NCBI GenBank assembly: GCA_964456285.1
Contig: CAYWBC010000014.1
Location: 1-64,000 of the forward strand
DNA length: 64,000 nt
DNA from: an uncultured Bacteroidales bacterium
GTDB lineage: Bacteria > Bacteroidota > Bacteroidia > Bacteroidales > UBA10428
Reading direction: 5' to 3'
The notes under the pieces are model-generated. The model saw only the letters and a list, made by a program, of their open reading frames with translations, had not been told where the DNA came from and made no database searches. This document shows positions 19,926 through 29,265 of the stretch, in pieces. The translations under genes were made by a program, and so were the position numbers. Each line of letters opens with the position of its first letter. Positions within the stretch are counted from its first letter, which is position 1.

Positions 19926-20653
19926 TGAGGTTTTATAGTCTGGCCATTCGAAACTTGAAAGAGATTTATCGTGACCCTGTTTCCATATTATTAGGATTAG
20001 GAATGCCCATAGCATTGCTGATACTTTTTTCCTCAATGCATAAAAATATACAATTAGATATATTTGATCCTCAATCTCTGACTTCAGGGATTATCATATT
20101 TAGTTTTGCCTTTTTAATGATGTTTTCGTCCATTTTGATTGCAAAAGATAAGCAAAGTGCCTTTCTGGTAAGACTATTTACCACACCGCTTAAGCCATCT
20201 GATTACATTTTATCATACATACTTCCGTTTTTACCTCTTACGTTTCTCCAGGTTGCGGTATGTATGATCGTTGGATCAATGCTTGGGGCTGCATTTAGTA
20301 ATATTCTTATTTCCTTACTTCTGTTTCTGCTAATTGCCTTAACATGTGTAAGCTTGGGGATTATATTTGGTTCTTTATTTACTGTGAATCAGGTATCGGG
20401 AGTAGGCTCAATACTAATAACTGCCATTGGACTTTTCAGCGGTGCATGGATAGAATTAAAAATGGTAGGGGGTATATTTAAGACTATCGGTTATGCTCTT
20501 CCCTTTGCACATGCTGTTGATGCAACAAAGGAATTGCTGTCAGGTTCTCAATTCAATGAGATCTCCGGTAATTTTTATGTCATTTTAATTTATACAGTTG
20601 TATTATTTCTATTGGCAATATTATCCTTCAAAAGAACCATGAAAAGAGCATAA
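19925..20653 (+). CDS. ABC-2 family transporter permease
   Basis: The start overlaps the stop of the upstream ATPase (TAATG). The 242-aa protein has about 6 hydrophobic segments. Confidence 0.75.
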   Translation: MRFYSLAIRNLKEIYRDPVSILLGLGMPIALLILFSSMHKNIQLDIFDPQSLTSGIIIFSFAFLMMFSSILIAKDKQSAFLVRLFTTPLKPSDYILSYILPFLPLTFLQVAVCMIVGSMLGAAFSNILISLLLFLLIALTCVSLGIIFGSLFTVNQVSGVGSILITAIGLFSGAWIELKMVGGIFKTIGYALPFAHAVDATKELLSGSQFNEISGNFYVILIYTVVLFLLAILSFKRTMKRA

Positions 20654-20820
20654 TTGATGTTATCCGATAATCAATTGAATTGTTGATCTTCTAATTCCTG
20701 TTAAATAATAGAAAAACAATACATGTTATAAGTAATTTAAAAATTTCGTACCTTATTTGTAAATTCGTTTCATCATGGATTTTAATTTAAATTAATGAGA
20801 ACCATAGAGTAATTATTATA

Positions 20821-23800
20821 ATGAAAAAACTACTGAAAATATTAATGTATACAATCATCATTTTTTTCTCATTCTTGATTGTGCTAATTGTTGTTGCAAA
20901 ACTCTCAGAAGATAAAATAACTGACATTGCTGTAAAAAAAGTGAGCGCCGCTGTAAAAGCACCAATGGAAATTGATGATGTATCCTTTACTCTTTTGCGC
21001 AGATTTCCACTGGCAACTGTCGAATTTAACGGAGTATGGCTTGGCTCACCTATTACTCTAAATCCTCAGGATTCAAGCTCATCTATAGTTGATACACTTG
21101 CAAAAATTGAACATCTGTACGTTTCCGTTAGATCTTTACCCCTGATAAAGAAAAAATTTGAAGTAATGAAAGTTGAGATCAGAAAGGCATATTTTAAATA
21201 TTTGGTAGATAGTTCCGGAACTTCTAATTTCGACTTTCTGATAGACACTACTCTCGATGTAGAAACTGACACTGTTACTACCCCTTTAAACATTCTGCTT
21301 AAGAACTTAGTATTGAAGGAAATCGTTTGTAATTATTCCGACAATTCACTAGGTGTAAAAGCCAGGCTCCAAATACCGCAAATAAAAATAAAGGGTGAAG
21401 CCGAGAACAACATATATAACGGTTCTGCCAGGGGAAGCATAATACTTACTGATTGCAATATGGAAGGAACCAATCTATATAAAATGCAAGAGACTGAAGT
21501 AAAATTCGATTGCGGATACGCTGATGATTCCGTGAGTATCGATGAACTTAAATTGGTAAGTGATGGTATTGACCTGAATGTTTCCGGCAGCCTGTTTTTT
21601 AAAGATGAAATGAGTGCTAATATTAGTATTACTGAAGCAAAACTCAATATTGGTGAATTGATAAAGTATGCCCCCGAACAAATGCTTAAAGATTACGGTA
21701 TTAAGAATGTATCCGGAAATTTAAATCTGGATGCACAGATTAATGGAATAGTATCAGATTCAATTTTGCCTCATATTGACTTAGATTTAGCAATGCTAAA
21801 TGGCAACTTAAACACTACTGATTATCCCATGTTAAAAAACATCAATTTCATAGGGCACATAACAAATGGAATATTAAATAATAACCAAACTACCAGTCTC
21901 GATTTTAAGACTTTCCATTTTGAGACTGATCAGAGCAAATTCGATATAGAATTTTCCCTTCAGGACATTGACCACCCCAAATACAATGTAAAAACGAATT
22001 TGGAAATTGTATTGTCTGAATTCAAAGATTTCATACCTGATTCAGTAGCTCAAAATGTAAGTGGCCGGATAAATGCAAGCTTATCTACCAAAGGTCAATT
22101 GCCAGATTCTATTAGCTCTGACTTCATCGATTATCTAATGGAAACCAGCCGTGCAGATATTGACATTCGTAATTTGAATGCTGATCTGGATTCGTCTCTT
22201 TCCATTAAATCATTCTCCGGACAAGTGGCATATAAACCCAAAAGTATTGCATTAAGTAACTTATATGCTTCAATTCCTTCATACAAAGTAAATATCAAAA
22301 ACTCTTCCTTAAAAGCATCTATCGTTGGAAAATTAAGCCAGCCTAATTCTATGGCTATTAACTTTAGTACCATTCGATTTATAGCCAATGGCATCGAACT
22401 TAACGGGAAGGCCAAGGTCAGAGATTTAGAAAACCCGCAGTATGATTTGAATACCATTCTGAAGCTGGATCTGGAACAAGTGAAGGAATTGCTACCTGAT
22501 ACTTTGGTGAATAAGTTAAGTGGTGTAGTTAGAGCTAAAATTGAATCTGCCGGCAAAATCAAAACAGACTCCATTACCGAACAGATCAATGACCTGCTTT
22601 TTGAAAGCTCATCAATACGACTTTGGTTTATTAATGTATTGGCTGAAATGCCTGACACTTTAATGAGTATAGATAAATTCTCAGGAAAAGTATTTATGAA
22701 GCCTGATACTATTGCAATTGATGATATGCATGGTATATTTAGCGGCATTGAATTTAAGATTGATTCAACGAAAATTAGTAACCTGTATAACACGGTAATA
22801 AAGAACCAGGCTGAAAGATTATTTGTCCAGTGTAAAATTGATCTTGGCGATCTTAATTACAACATGTTTCTACCTTTCATACCTGCTGAGGAACCTTCAC
22901 CACCACCGATCGATACAGTTAAAGGATTAAAAGGAAAGGTTCAATACGCTAGACAATTAGCAGAAATGCAGAATACTCCTGAACCACCTCCACCTGTAGA
23001 CTCAGTACCTACAAATTGGCGCTATCTTTTTAAGGGAAAAATTTCGATAAACAGCTTCACATACAACAAGGCTTTGGTAGAGAATATTTCTGCCAAATTC
23101 AATATTACTGATACTATGTACATTGTCGATCAATTTAAATTCAATGCTTTTGAAGGCAAGCACAACACTTCAGTAAAGTATTCAATTAAGGACAATGAAC
23201 AGACACTGTCGGTGAAGAATAGCGTAAGAGGAATGAACGTTAACCAGTTGCTGAAAGACTTCGACAACTTTAAGGAGTATTATGAACCTGCCATAAGCTA
23301 TGAAAACATTTCAGGTATTCTTACATCCAGACTTGACGCCCAGATATTAATGAGAAATGATTCCATGATTATGGATAAATTTTTCGTAAGAGCTGATACC
23401 ATTAAATTGGAGAAGGGTGGTATCTATAATTATCCTGCGGTGCAAGATGTGGCCCAATATCTTCCGGGAATTGACAACCTGGATAAACTGGAGTTTAAAA
23501 CGATCAACAGCCAGGTATTTATTCTTCAAGGTGCCATTTATGTGCCAAAAACTGTAATTATCAGTAATAAGCTTGATGCTTCAGCACTTGGTATGCAAAG
23601 TTTTGGTGAAGATTATTCTTACCATTTCGAAGTATTTATTAGGGATATTTTGTCTGGAAAATCCAAAAAAACCAATAAAAAACAGGAGAAATCCGGAGAT
23701 GAAGTCGCTACATTAAATAGAAAAGGTACATTGGTAAAATCATACAGTATTGATGGGAAAAGCCGAAGTGGACTTGATAACAAAAACGATCGGGATAAGA

Positions 23801-23886
23801 TGAAAATTACGGTTAGTGCAGCCCATACTTTATTAAAACTAAAATTTTATCCAAAACTGGTAAAATATGACACCGGGGTGAAATGA
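20821..23886 (+). CDS. AsmA-family large envelope protein (N-terminal anchor, about 1000 aa)
   Basis: There is an N-terminal TM helix (IIIFFSFLIVLIVVA). The following segment ...DVSFTLLRRFPLATVEFNGVWLGSP resembles the AsmA N-terminal region. The rest is a long beta-rich repetitive body. Confidence 0.55.
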   Translation: MKKLLKILMYTIIIFFSFLIVLIVVAKLSEDKITDIAVKKVSAAVKAPMEIDDVSFTLLRRFPLATVEFNGVWLGSPITLNPQDSSSSIVDTLAKIEHLYVSVRSLPLIKKKFEVMKVEIRKAYFKYLVDSSGTSNFDFLIDTTLDVETDTVTTPLNILLKNLVLKEIVCNYSDNSLGVKARLQIPQIKIKGEAENNIYNGSARGSIILTDCNMEGTNLYKMQETEVKFDCGYADDSVSIDELKLVSDGIDLNVSGSLFFKDEMSANISITEAKLNIGELIKYAPEQMLKDYGIKNVSGNLNLDAQINGIVSDSILPHIDLDLAMLNGNLNTTDYPMLKNINFIGHITNGILNNNQTTSLDFKTFHFETDQSKFDIEFSLQDIDHPKYNVKTNLEIVLSEFKDFIPDSVAQNVSGRINASLSTKGQLPDSISSDFIDYLMETSRADIDIRNLNADLDSSLSIKSFSGQVAYKPKSIALSNLYASIPSYKVNIKNSSLKASIVGKLSQPNSMAINFSTIRFIANGIELNGKAKVRDLENPQYDLNTILKLDLEQVKELLPDTLVNKLSGVVRAKIESAGKIKTDSITEQINDLLFESSSIRLWFINVLAEMPDTLMSIDKFSGKVFMKPDTIAIDDMHGIFSGIEFKIDSTKISNLYNTVIKNQAERLFVQCKIDLGDLNYNMFLPFIPAEEPSPPPIDTVKGLKGKVQYARQLAEMQNTPEPPPPVDSVPTNWRYLFKGKISINSFTYNKALVENISAKFNITDTMYIVDQFKFNAFEGKHNTSVKYSIKDNEQTLSVKNSVRGMNVNQLLKDFDNFKEYYEPAISYENISGILTSRLDAQILMRNDSMIMDKFFVRADTIKLEKGGIYNYPAVQDVAQYLPGIDNLDKLEFKTINSQVFILQGAIYVPKTVIISNKLDASALGMQSFGEDYSYHFEVFIRDILSGKSKKTNKKQEKSGDEVATLNRKGTLVKSYSIDGKSRSGLDNKNDRDKMKITVSAAHTLLKLKFYPKLVKYDTGVK

Positions 23887-24006
23887 TTTTATGGCAATAT
23901 ATTTGTATTGATTGTAGTTTAATTTGATGATTAATAGAGTAACTTTAATTAATTATCATCGTACTGAAAATATGAAACACTAATTTAACAACTTAAAAGT
24001 ATATAT

Positions 24007-24345
24007 ATGAAAAAGACAATTTATTTGCTAAGTGCCGTTTTGCTAGGAATTATAGTAACAACATGGTACAGTTGTGAAAAAGATCCGGAAGAATCTTGTT
24101 TTCAGGAAGAAATTTGCGAGGCAAAAGATGTAACAGCCTGCTGTGAAATGGTTGATGATGTTCAAGTATGCGTTTACAAATACAACGGAAAAGAATATGA
24201 TCCCGACACTGAGATTGATCAATTGTACATTGATCTAGGCTGTGAAGTTGCTTACAGTCCAAGCGATTTTAAAGCAGCAAAGGCTGCTATTGTTGATCAG
24301 CTCCATGCTTTACTTGAGAAAGCCCGTGCAGGATTGAAAAAGTAA
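24007..24345 (+). CDS. small Cys-rich lipoprotein, hypothetical
   Basis: The signal peptide ends in a lipobox-like ...WYSC. There are 8 Cys in 112 aa. A strong terminator follows immediately. Confidence 0.55.
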   Translation: MKKTIYLLSAVLLGIIVTTWYSCEKDPEESCFQEEICEAKDVTACCEMVDDVQVCVYKYNGKEYDPDTEIDQLYIDLGCEVAYSPSDFKAAKAAIVDQLHALLEKARAGLKK

Positions 24346-24366
24346 ACAAAGCCCTAAAAAACATTA

Positions 24367-24402
24367 AAAACCAGCAATTGTAATAATTGCTGGTTTTTTT
24401 AT
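24367..24402 (+). terminator. rho-independent terminator
   Basis: A 10-bp stem ACCAGCAATT / AATTGCTGGT (24371-24380 / 24386-24395) with loop GTAAT is followed by a T7 run. Confidence 0.8.
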
Positions 24403-24513
24403 TGCTTTAAAATAACATGAGTTCGATGTAATGCGGCAATTATACTCCTTAACAATCCAAATACAGTATAAATCTGTCAGGCTATTTTAGGGAAGGTCAC
24501 TCCTCTTTTATCT

Positions 24514-24849
24514 ATAGTGTCCTACGACATTTATACAGTCTCCTCTTCCATCCATAGTGTCACCCACAACAGATATGCAGTCTCCATTTTCATCCATAGT
24601 GTCACTCATAACATATATACAGTGTTCCTTTTCATCAATAGTGTCACCCATAACAGATATGCAATCTCCCCTTTCATCAATAGTGTCACTCATAACATAT
24701 ACACAGTCTCCATTTTCATCCATAGTGTCAACAGTAACAAATATACAGTCTCCCATTTCATCCAGAGTGTCACCCATAATATATATGCAGTCTCCCCTTT
24801 CATCAATAGTGTCTCCCACGACATATATCCTGTCTCCCCCTTTATTTTA
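24514..24849. repeat. 42-bp degenerate tandem repeat, 8 copies (minisatellite)
   Basis: Units start at 24514, 24556, 24598, 24640, 24682, 24724, 24766 and 24808. The approximate consensus is ATAGTGTCACYCATAACAKATATRCAGTCTCCMYTTTCATCM, and units differ at scattered positions across the whole 42 nt (roughly 75-85% pairwise identity by eye). No stops occur in most frames, which explains four overlapping ORF-track entries. All of those begin at GTG/TTG codons inside the repeat. Confidence 0.9.
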
Positions 24850-25065
24850 TTACAATAATTTATAGTCTGACACAACAAGTTAAAAGACAAAAATTTTAGT
24901 TGTAGTATTTTACTCTGAAATAGATGTTATATTGCATACCACAATAAAGCAGCGCTGATCATTTCTTGCAGATGCTGCGCTATTTTTCTGGCATTTATTA
25001 CATCAAAATCATGCCAATATGATCTCATTCAATGAGAGGTATCAAATGACTTTAGGAAAAATGAA

Positions 25066-25623
25066 CTAAAAGAACAAAAATCTTTTCTTCCTAAGCTTTT
25101 TAAGTTGAGATTCAAGTTCTGGTCCCCTTGGATTAACGGCAAGAATTACTCCATCTCCGTCTATTAAATAACTAATCGGAATTCTACTCGCACCATATGT
25201 TTTGACTGCCTCACTTGCCCACCCCTTCAAATCGCTTACATGATATGGCCATTCGAGTTTGTCTTTTTCAATGGCATCTACCCAGGATTTCTGCTTCATA
25301 TCCAGTGACACACTAAAGACTGTAAATCCCTCTCCATTTTTAAAGGTATCATCTTTGTATTTATGATAAGCTTCAACAATAAGAGGATTTTCTCTTCTAC
25401 AGGGCGCACACCAGGAAGCCCAGAAATCTACCAAAACAACTTTCCCTTCCAGGGATGACAGACTTAGTTGTTTCCCGTCAGGTGACTTCATCACAATATC
25501 CGGAAATTTCTGTCCTACTTCAAATGTCTGACTAAATAGGTTTGTGCCTGCGAATGCCAGTACAATCAGTATTATTCTGTACTTCACCGGAATGTTTATT
25601 TCTTTCCTTTTTACCATGTCCAT
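25066..25623 (-). CDS. TlpA/ResA-like thiol-disulfide oxidoreductase (thioredoxin fold)
   Basis: An N-terminal anchor is present. A WASWCAPC CxxC motif sits in a thioredoxin-like context. Confidence 0.85.
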   Translation of the reverse strand: MDMVKRKEINIPVKYRIILIVLAFAGTNLFSQTFEVGQKFPDIVMKSPDGKQLSLSSLEGKVVLVDFWASWCAPCRRENPLIVEAYHKYKDDTFKNGEGFTVFSVSLDMKQKSWVDAIEKDKLEWPYHVSDLKGWASEAVKTYGASRIPISYLIDGDGVILAVNPRGPELESQLKKLRKKRFLFF

Positions 25624-25764
25624 TGCTAGTTTGATTACTAATTTATAAGCCTCTCCGTAGTCTCAATTCTTACGATATACTAATGTAATATGTTTCGCTC
25701 AGCTTTAATAAGTATGTCCAAATCTAATTGTTAATAAAAGTACTTTAGATCTTTCTATCTACAT

Positions 25765-25805
25765 ATAACAAAAAGAAGGCCATTCAGTTTGAATGGCCTC
25801 CTTTT
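25765..25805 (-). terminator. rho-independent terminator downstream of the flotillin gene (bidirectional hairpin)
   Basis: A stem AGGCCATTC / GAATGGCCT (25777-25785 / 25791-25799) has loop AGTTT. On the minus strand it is followed by TCTTTTTGTT. Confidence 0.6.
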
Positions 25806-25816
25806 AATGAGTGTTA

Positions 25817-27286
25817 TTATTTCTTATCGCCCTTGTCATCAGGCTTTTTCAATGCAGGAGGATTACTTTTTTTCTTCTCAGAATTCGTGTCAACTTTCTT
25901 CTCAGCTGGCTTTGCATCTTCAACTTTCTTTCCTTTCAGATAATCAGGCAATTCCATTCCGGCCATTTTAAACAGCTCTTCGAAAGGAGGCAATGATCCT
26001 AACATCCCTGATAAGAAATTAGCGGAAGTAGGTGATTTACCATCCTTACCACTTGACATATTGTCCCAAACAGTAATCTTATCGATTTTAAGGTTTTTGA
26101 TAGCCTCAACCTGAGTTTTAACAAGTTCCGGTAGTTTGTCAGCAATCATAAGGCGAACTGCATCTGTAGGATCGTTACCACCGGCAGCAACCAGTTTTTC
26201 AAATCCTTGTGCCTGTCTGCTAAGTATTTCAAAAATACCTTTTGCTTCGGCTTCCATTTTCATATAGATCGCATCTGCATCCCCTTTGGCATGTCTTCGG
26301 GTTTGTTCAGCAATTGCTTCTGCTGCAATCTCTACTTTTTCTTTGTCAATTTTAGCGGGTACAACAATATCGGCTGTCTGAGATTCTTTATCTCTTTGTG
26401 CCCTGGACATTTCAGCAACTTTTTCAGCAGCATAAGCTTCTTCCAAAGCCTTTGCCTGACTTACTTTTTCGGCAGCAACAGCCTTACGTTCAGCTTCAGC
26501 TTCCTTTTCACGTCTCCCAGCATCTGAATTGGCAATGGTAATTTTTGCCGTATTCTCTCCTTCCACTGCAGTAGCATCGGCACTTGCCACCTTAACCCTT
26601 TGTTCCTGCATTGCATTTGCCTCTCCAATAGAACCATCTCTGTTCTTCTCTGCAACACTCTTTTTCGCATCGTTAATTGCTTTTGCAGCAGCCTCCTTAC
26701 CGAGAGCTTCTATATAGCCAGATTCATCGTTAATGTCGGTAACGTTAACATTGATAAGCTTCAATCCAATTTTCTTCAATTCCTGTTCCACATTAGAAGA
26801 TACAGCCTCAAGAAATTTATCGCGATTGCTGTTGATCTCTTCAATGTCCATGGTAGCAACAACAAGTCTTAGCTGTCCAAAAATTATATCCTTTGCAAGG
26901 TTGCTGATATCTTCATGGTTTAAACCCAAAAGCCGTTCGGCAGCATTGGTCATTATCCCGGGTTCGGTTGAAATCCCAACAGTAAAACGGGAAGGAACAT
27001 CTATACGAATGTTTTGCTTACTAAGTGCATTGGTAAGATTAATTTCAATGGATATGGGTGTCAGATCAAGAAATGCATAATCTTGAATTACCGGCCAGAT
27101 AAAGGCTGCGCCTCCATGAATACATTTTGCTGAGCGCGATGTTGTTTCAATTCCTTTTCCAACTTTTCCGTAAACAACAAGTATTCTGTCGGAAGGACAG
27201 CGCTTGTATCTGCGGAAAAAAGATACAATAAGAATAAAAACAAATATTATCGCAACAACAAATACTAATACTAAATATTGTCCCAT
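25817..27286 (-). CDS. flotillin-like SPFH/band-7 protein (YqiK/FloT type)
   Basis: An N-terminal TM helix is followed by an SPFH domain. A long Ala/Glu/Lys-rich coiled coil follows (EAEAERKAVAAEKVSQAKALEEAYAAEKVAEMSRAQRDKE). The tail is K-rich. Confidence 0.85.
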   Translation of the reverse strand: MGQYLVLVFVVAIIFVFILIVSFFRRYKRCPSDRILVVYGKVGKGIETTSRSAKCIHGGAAFIWPVIQDYAFLDLTPISIEINLTNALSKQNIRIDVPSRFTVGISTEPGIMTNAAERLLGLNHEDISNLAKDIIFGQLRLVVATMDIEEINSNRDKFLEAVSSNVEQELKKIGLKLINVNVTDINDESGYIEALGKEAAAKAINDAKKSVAEKNRDGSIGEANAMQEQRVKVASADATAVEGENTAKITIANSDAGRREKEAEAERKAVAAEKVSQAKALEEAYAAEKVAEMSRAQRDKESQTADIVVPAKIDKEKVEIAAEAIAEQTRRHAKGDADAIYMKMEAEAKGIFEILSRQAQGFEKLVAAGGNDPTDAVRLMIADKLPELVKTQVEAIKNLKIDKITVWDNMSSGKDGKSPTSANFLSGMLGSLPPFEELFKMAGMELPDYLKGKKVEDAKPAEKKVDTNSEKKKSNPPALKKPDDKGDKK

Positions 27287-27303
27287 AATTTTAATTTATT
27301 TGA

Positions 27304-27897
27304 TTAATTACCACTAAGTTTTACTAATAATATATCGTCGTTAACAACTTCAATTATTTCAACAAGAGCTCCTGTTGCAATATCTTCTTCACTATCTGTA
27401 ATAGCATCAAGGGTTTGCAGTCCCTGAACTTTAACCTGCACTTTCCCGGTACCCTTTCGTTTCGCAGGTATTCTCAAATAAACACTGGCTACTTTGCCTT
27501 TTGCATTTTTAAGATTAAGTGTGCCATCGTCAGTTAGTTTGCCCATAAAATAAGCAATGGAAGCCATTATGGTCATCATAACCAGGCCTAAAGCTATAGA
27601 AATGAATACAGTTGCAAGAGTACTCATTCCACCATTAATACAAGCAATTCCTGTCCAGCCAAAAATTGTAAAAAAGGCTATAAGATTTTTAAGTGTCAGA
27701 AATTGGAAATCGATGCCGGTATCGTCATCAACTGCAGCATCCGCATCGCCCTCGGCTTCGATAGAATCCATATCGCCCGCAAAGAAGGTAATGATTATCT
27801 GAATTACAAATAGCAAGGAAAACGGGATTGCAAAACACCAATAGATCTTCTCAAGAAGATCCATGGTTTGCCATGAATCGGAAATTGATAGTAACAT
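27304..27897 (-). CDS. NfeD-like (YqiJ-type) membrane protein, partner of flotillin
   Basis: It lies immediately upstream of the flotillin gene (17-bp gap). Several TM helices are followed by a C-terminal soluble beta-rich domain (GKVASVYLRIPAKRKGTGKVQVKVQG), as in NfeD. Confidence 0.6.
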   Translation of the reverse strand: MLLSISDSWQTMDLLEKIYWCFAIPFSLLFVIQIIITFFAGDMDSIEAEGDADAAVDDDTGIDFQFLTLKNLIAFFTIFGWTGIACINGGMSTLATVFISIALGLVMMTIMASIAYFMGKLTDDGTLNLKNAKGKVASVYLRIPAKRKGTGKVQVKVQGLQTLDAITDSEEDIATGALVEIIEVVNDDILLVKLSGN

Positions 27898-27986
27898 GTT
27901 TAGAGTTTTAGTTTTACGAGGTCAATATAATAAATATTTTTCAGTACTGACATAGGGTTGACAGGAATTGATATTATTTTAGTGCC

Positions 27987-28967
27987 ATGATAATACAAAA
28001 TCTTAAGCCTTTTGATGGCCAGCATTGTGAAACAACAGCAACTGGTACATTGCTCAGACAAATAGGAATTGAACTAAGTGAACCCATGCTTTTTGGTTTA
28101 GGTGAGGGACTTGGATTTATATTCTGGAATATGAAATCCATGGCTTATCCTTTCATTGGTGGACGAATAAAACCAGATGTACTTACTCAAAATATTGCCA
28201 GAAATCTGAAACTTGACTTAACAGCAAAGGAGACATCCTCGGAGCAAAAGGCATGGAGAAATGCAAAAGAACTTCTGGATAACGGGAATGTAGTAGGTTT
28301 AAAATTGGATTGCTACCATCTGGAATATTTCTCCAGAGCTTTCCATTTTGCTGCCCACTATGTTGCCATGTATGGTTACGATGATACTACAGCCTATGTA
28401 ATCGATACCAGGCAACAAGGTGGAAAAGTTAAAACTTCCCTGAAAAGTCTGGCTCTGGCAAGAGCGGAGAAGGGGCCCATGTCCTCTAAGAACCTGTATT
28501 ACACTTTAAGAAAGACAAATAAATCTACAGAACTTGAGAATGCTATTCTGACTGCAATAAGAAATAATGCCAGGGATTATCTGAATCCCCCGATTACAAA
28601 TATTGGGTACAAAGGAATTTTAAAGACTAGTTCTGAAATCATCAAATGGTTCCTGCATAGTAAAAATATTTCGGATGAATTTAATACCACTGCTATGCTC
28701 ATGGAAAAAGCTGGCACAGGTGGTGCATTGTTCCGTAACTTATACCGTGATTTTCTTAAAGAGAGTTATAATTTACTCAAGCTTAATCAACTTAAATCAG
28801 GAAATGAAGCATTTGCTGAAATCGCAAGTCTCTGGAATTCTGTCTCTGGCTTATTCGAAAAGACTTCTACGTCAAATAATATTGAATATATCCACCAGGC
28901 ATCATCCATTCTCAGGGATATTTCTGCCAGGGAAAAAAGCGCTATGGAAATTCTGGCTACTCTCTAG
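27987..28967 (+). CDS. possible BtrH_N/DUF4872-family protein (papain-like fold), hypothetical
   Basis: An N-terminal ...FDGQHCETTATGTLLRQIGIELSEPMLFGLGEGLGFIF... resembles the BtrH N-terminal domain. The 326-aa size fits. This is a recall-based call only. Confidence 0.4.
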   Translation: MIIQNLKPFDGQHCETTATGTLLRQIGIELSEPMLFGLGEGLGFIFWNMKSMAYPFIGGRIKPDVLTQNIARNLKLDLTAKETSSEQKAWRNAKELLDNGNVVGLKLDCYHLEYFSRAFHFAAHYVAMYGYDDTTAYVIDTRQQGGKVKTSLKSLALARAEKGPMSSKNLYYTLRKTNKSTELENAILTAIRNNARDYLNPPITNIGYKGILKTSSEIIKWFLHSKNISDEFNTTAMLMEKAGTGGALFRNLYRDFLKESYNLLKLNQLKSGNEAFAEIASLWNSVSGLFEKTSTSNNIEYIHQASSILRDISAREKSAMEILATL

Positions 28968-29060
28968 GTGACTAAACAGCAGCTGTTAAAATCAGTTCAA
29001 CAAGTGCAGCCACAAATAAGACAAATTTTGTTATCTTGTGCACACTGAAACATTATAGAA

Positions 29061-29246
29061 ATGAAAAAAAATAAATTATTTATTGTAATTGGCCAGTTTT
29101 CATTGTTTCTTGGCCTTTTGGGATTTATTATCAATTATCTCTTTCTGGAAAATACCCCGGTGCTTGCTTTTGTTACAGGTTTTCTGATTGGTTTATCATT
29201 CACACTGAACCTGGCCTATTTAATTCGAATAAGAAAAGGCAAATAG
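29061..29246 (+). CDS. small two-TM membrane protein, hypothetical
   Basis: 61 aa with two hydrophobic helices. It lies 19 bp upstream of the next gene on the same strand. Confidence 0.4.
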   Translation: MKKNKLFIVIGQFSLFLGLLGFIINYLFLENTPVLAFVTGFLIGLSFTLNLAYLIRIRKGK

Positions 29247-29265
29247 TACAATACATTAAAATTAT

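Noticed and set aside
24508-24890. Four overlapping ORF-track entries (both strands) inside the repeat as real genes
   Set aside because: Frame openness comes from the repeat composition. Every ORF begins on a GTG/TTG inside a repeat unit, none has an ATG or upstream signals, and they overlap each other on both strands.
24500-24900. Possible CRISPR array at the 42-bp repeat locus
   Set aside because: All units are homologous along their full length with scattered substitutions. There are no unique spacers between conserved repeats, the period is 42 bp with nothing between units, and there are no cas genes in the window.
26207-27080. Plus-strand ORFs antisense to the flotillin gene (26207..26527, 26529..26717, 26600..26872, 26733..27080)
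   Set aside because: They mirror the low-complexity Ala/Glu/Lys coding region of flotillin, and the translated products are low-complexity Ser/Phe/Leu strings.
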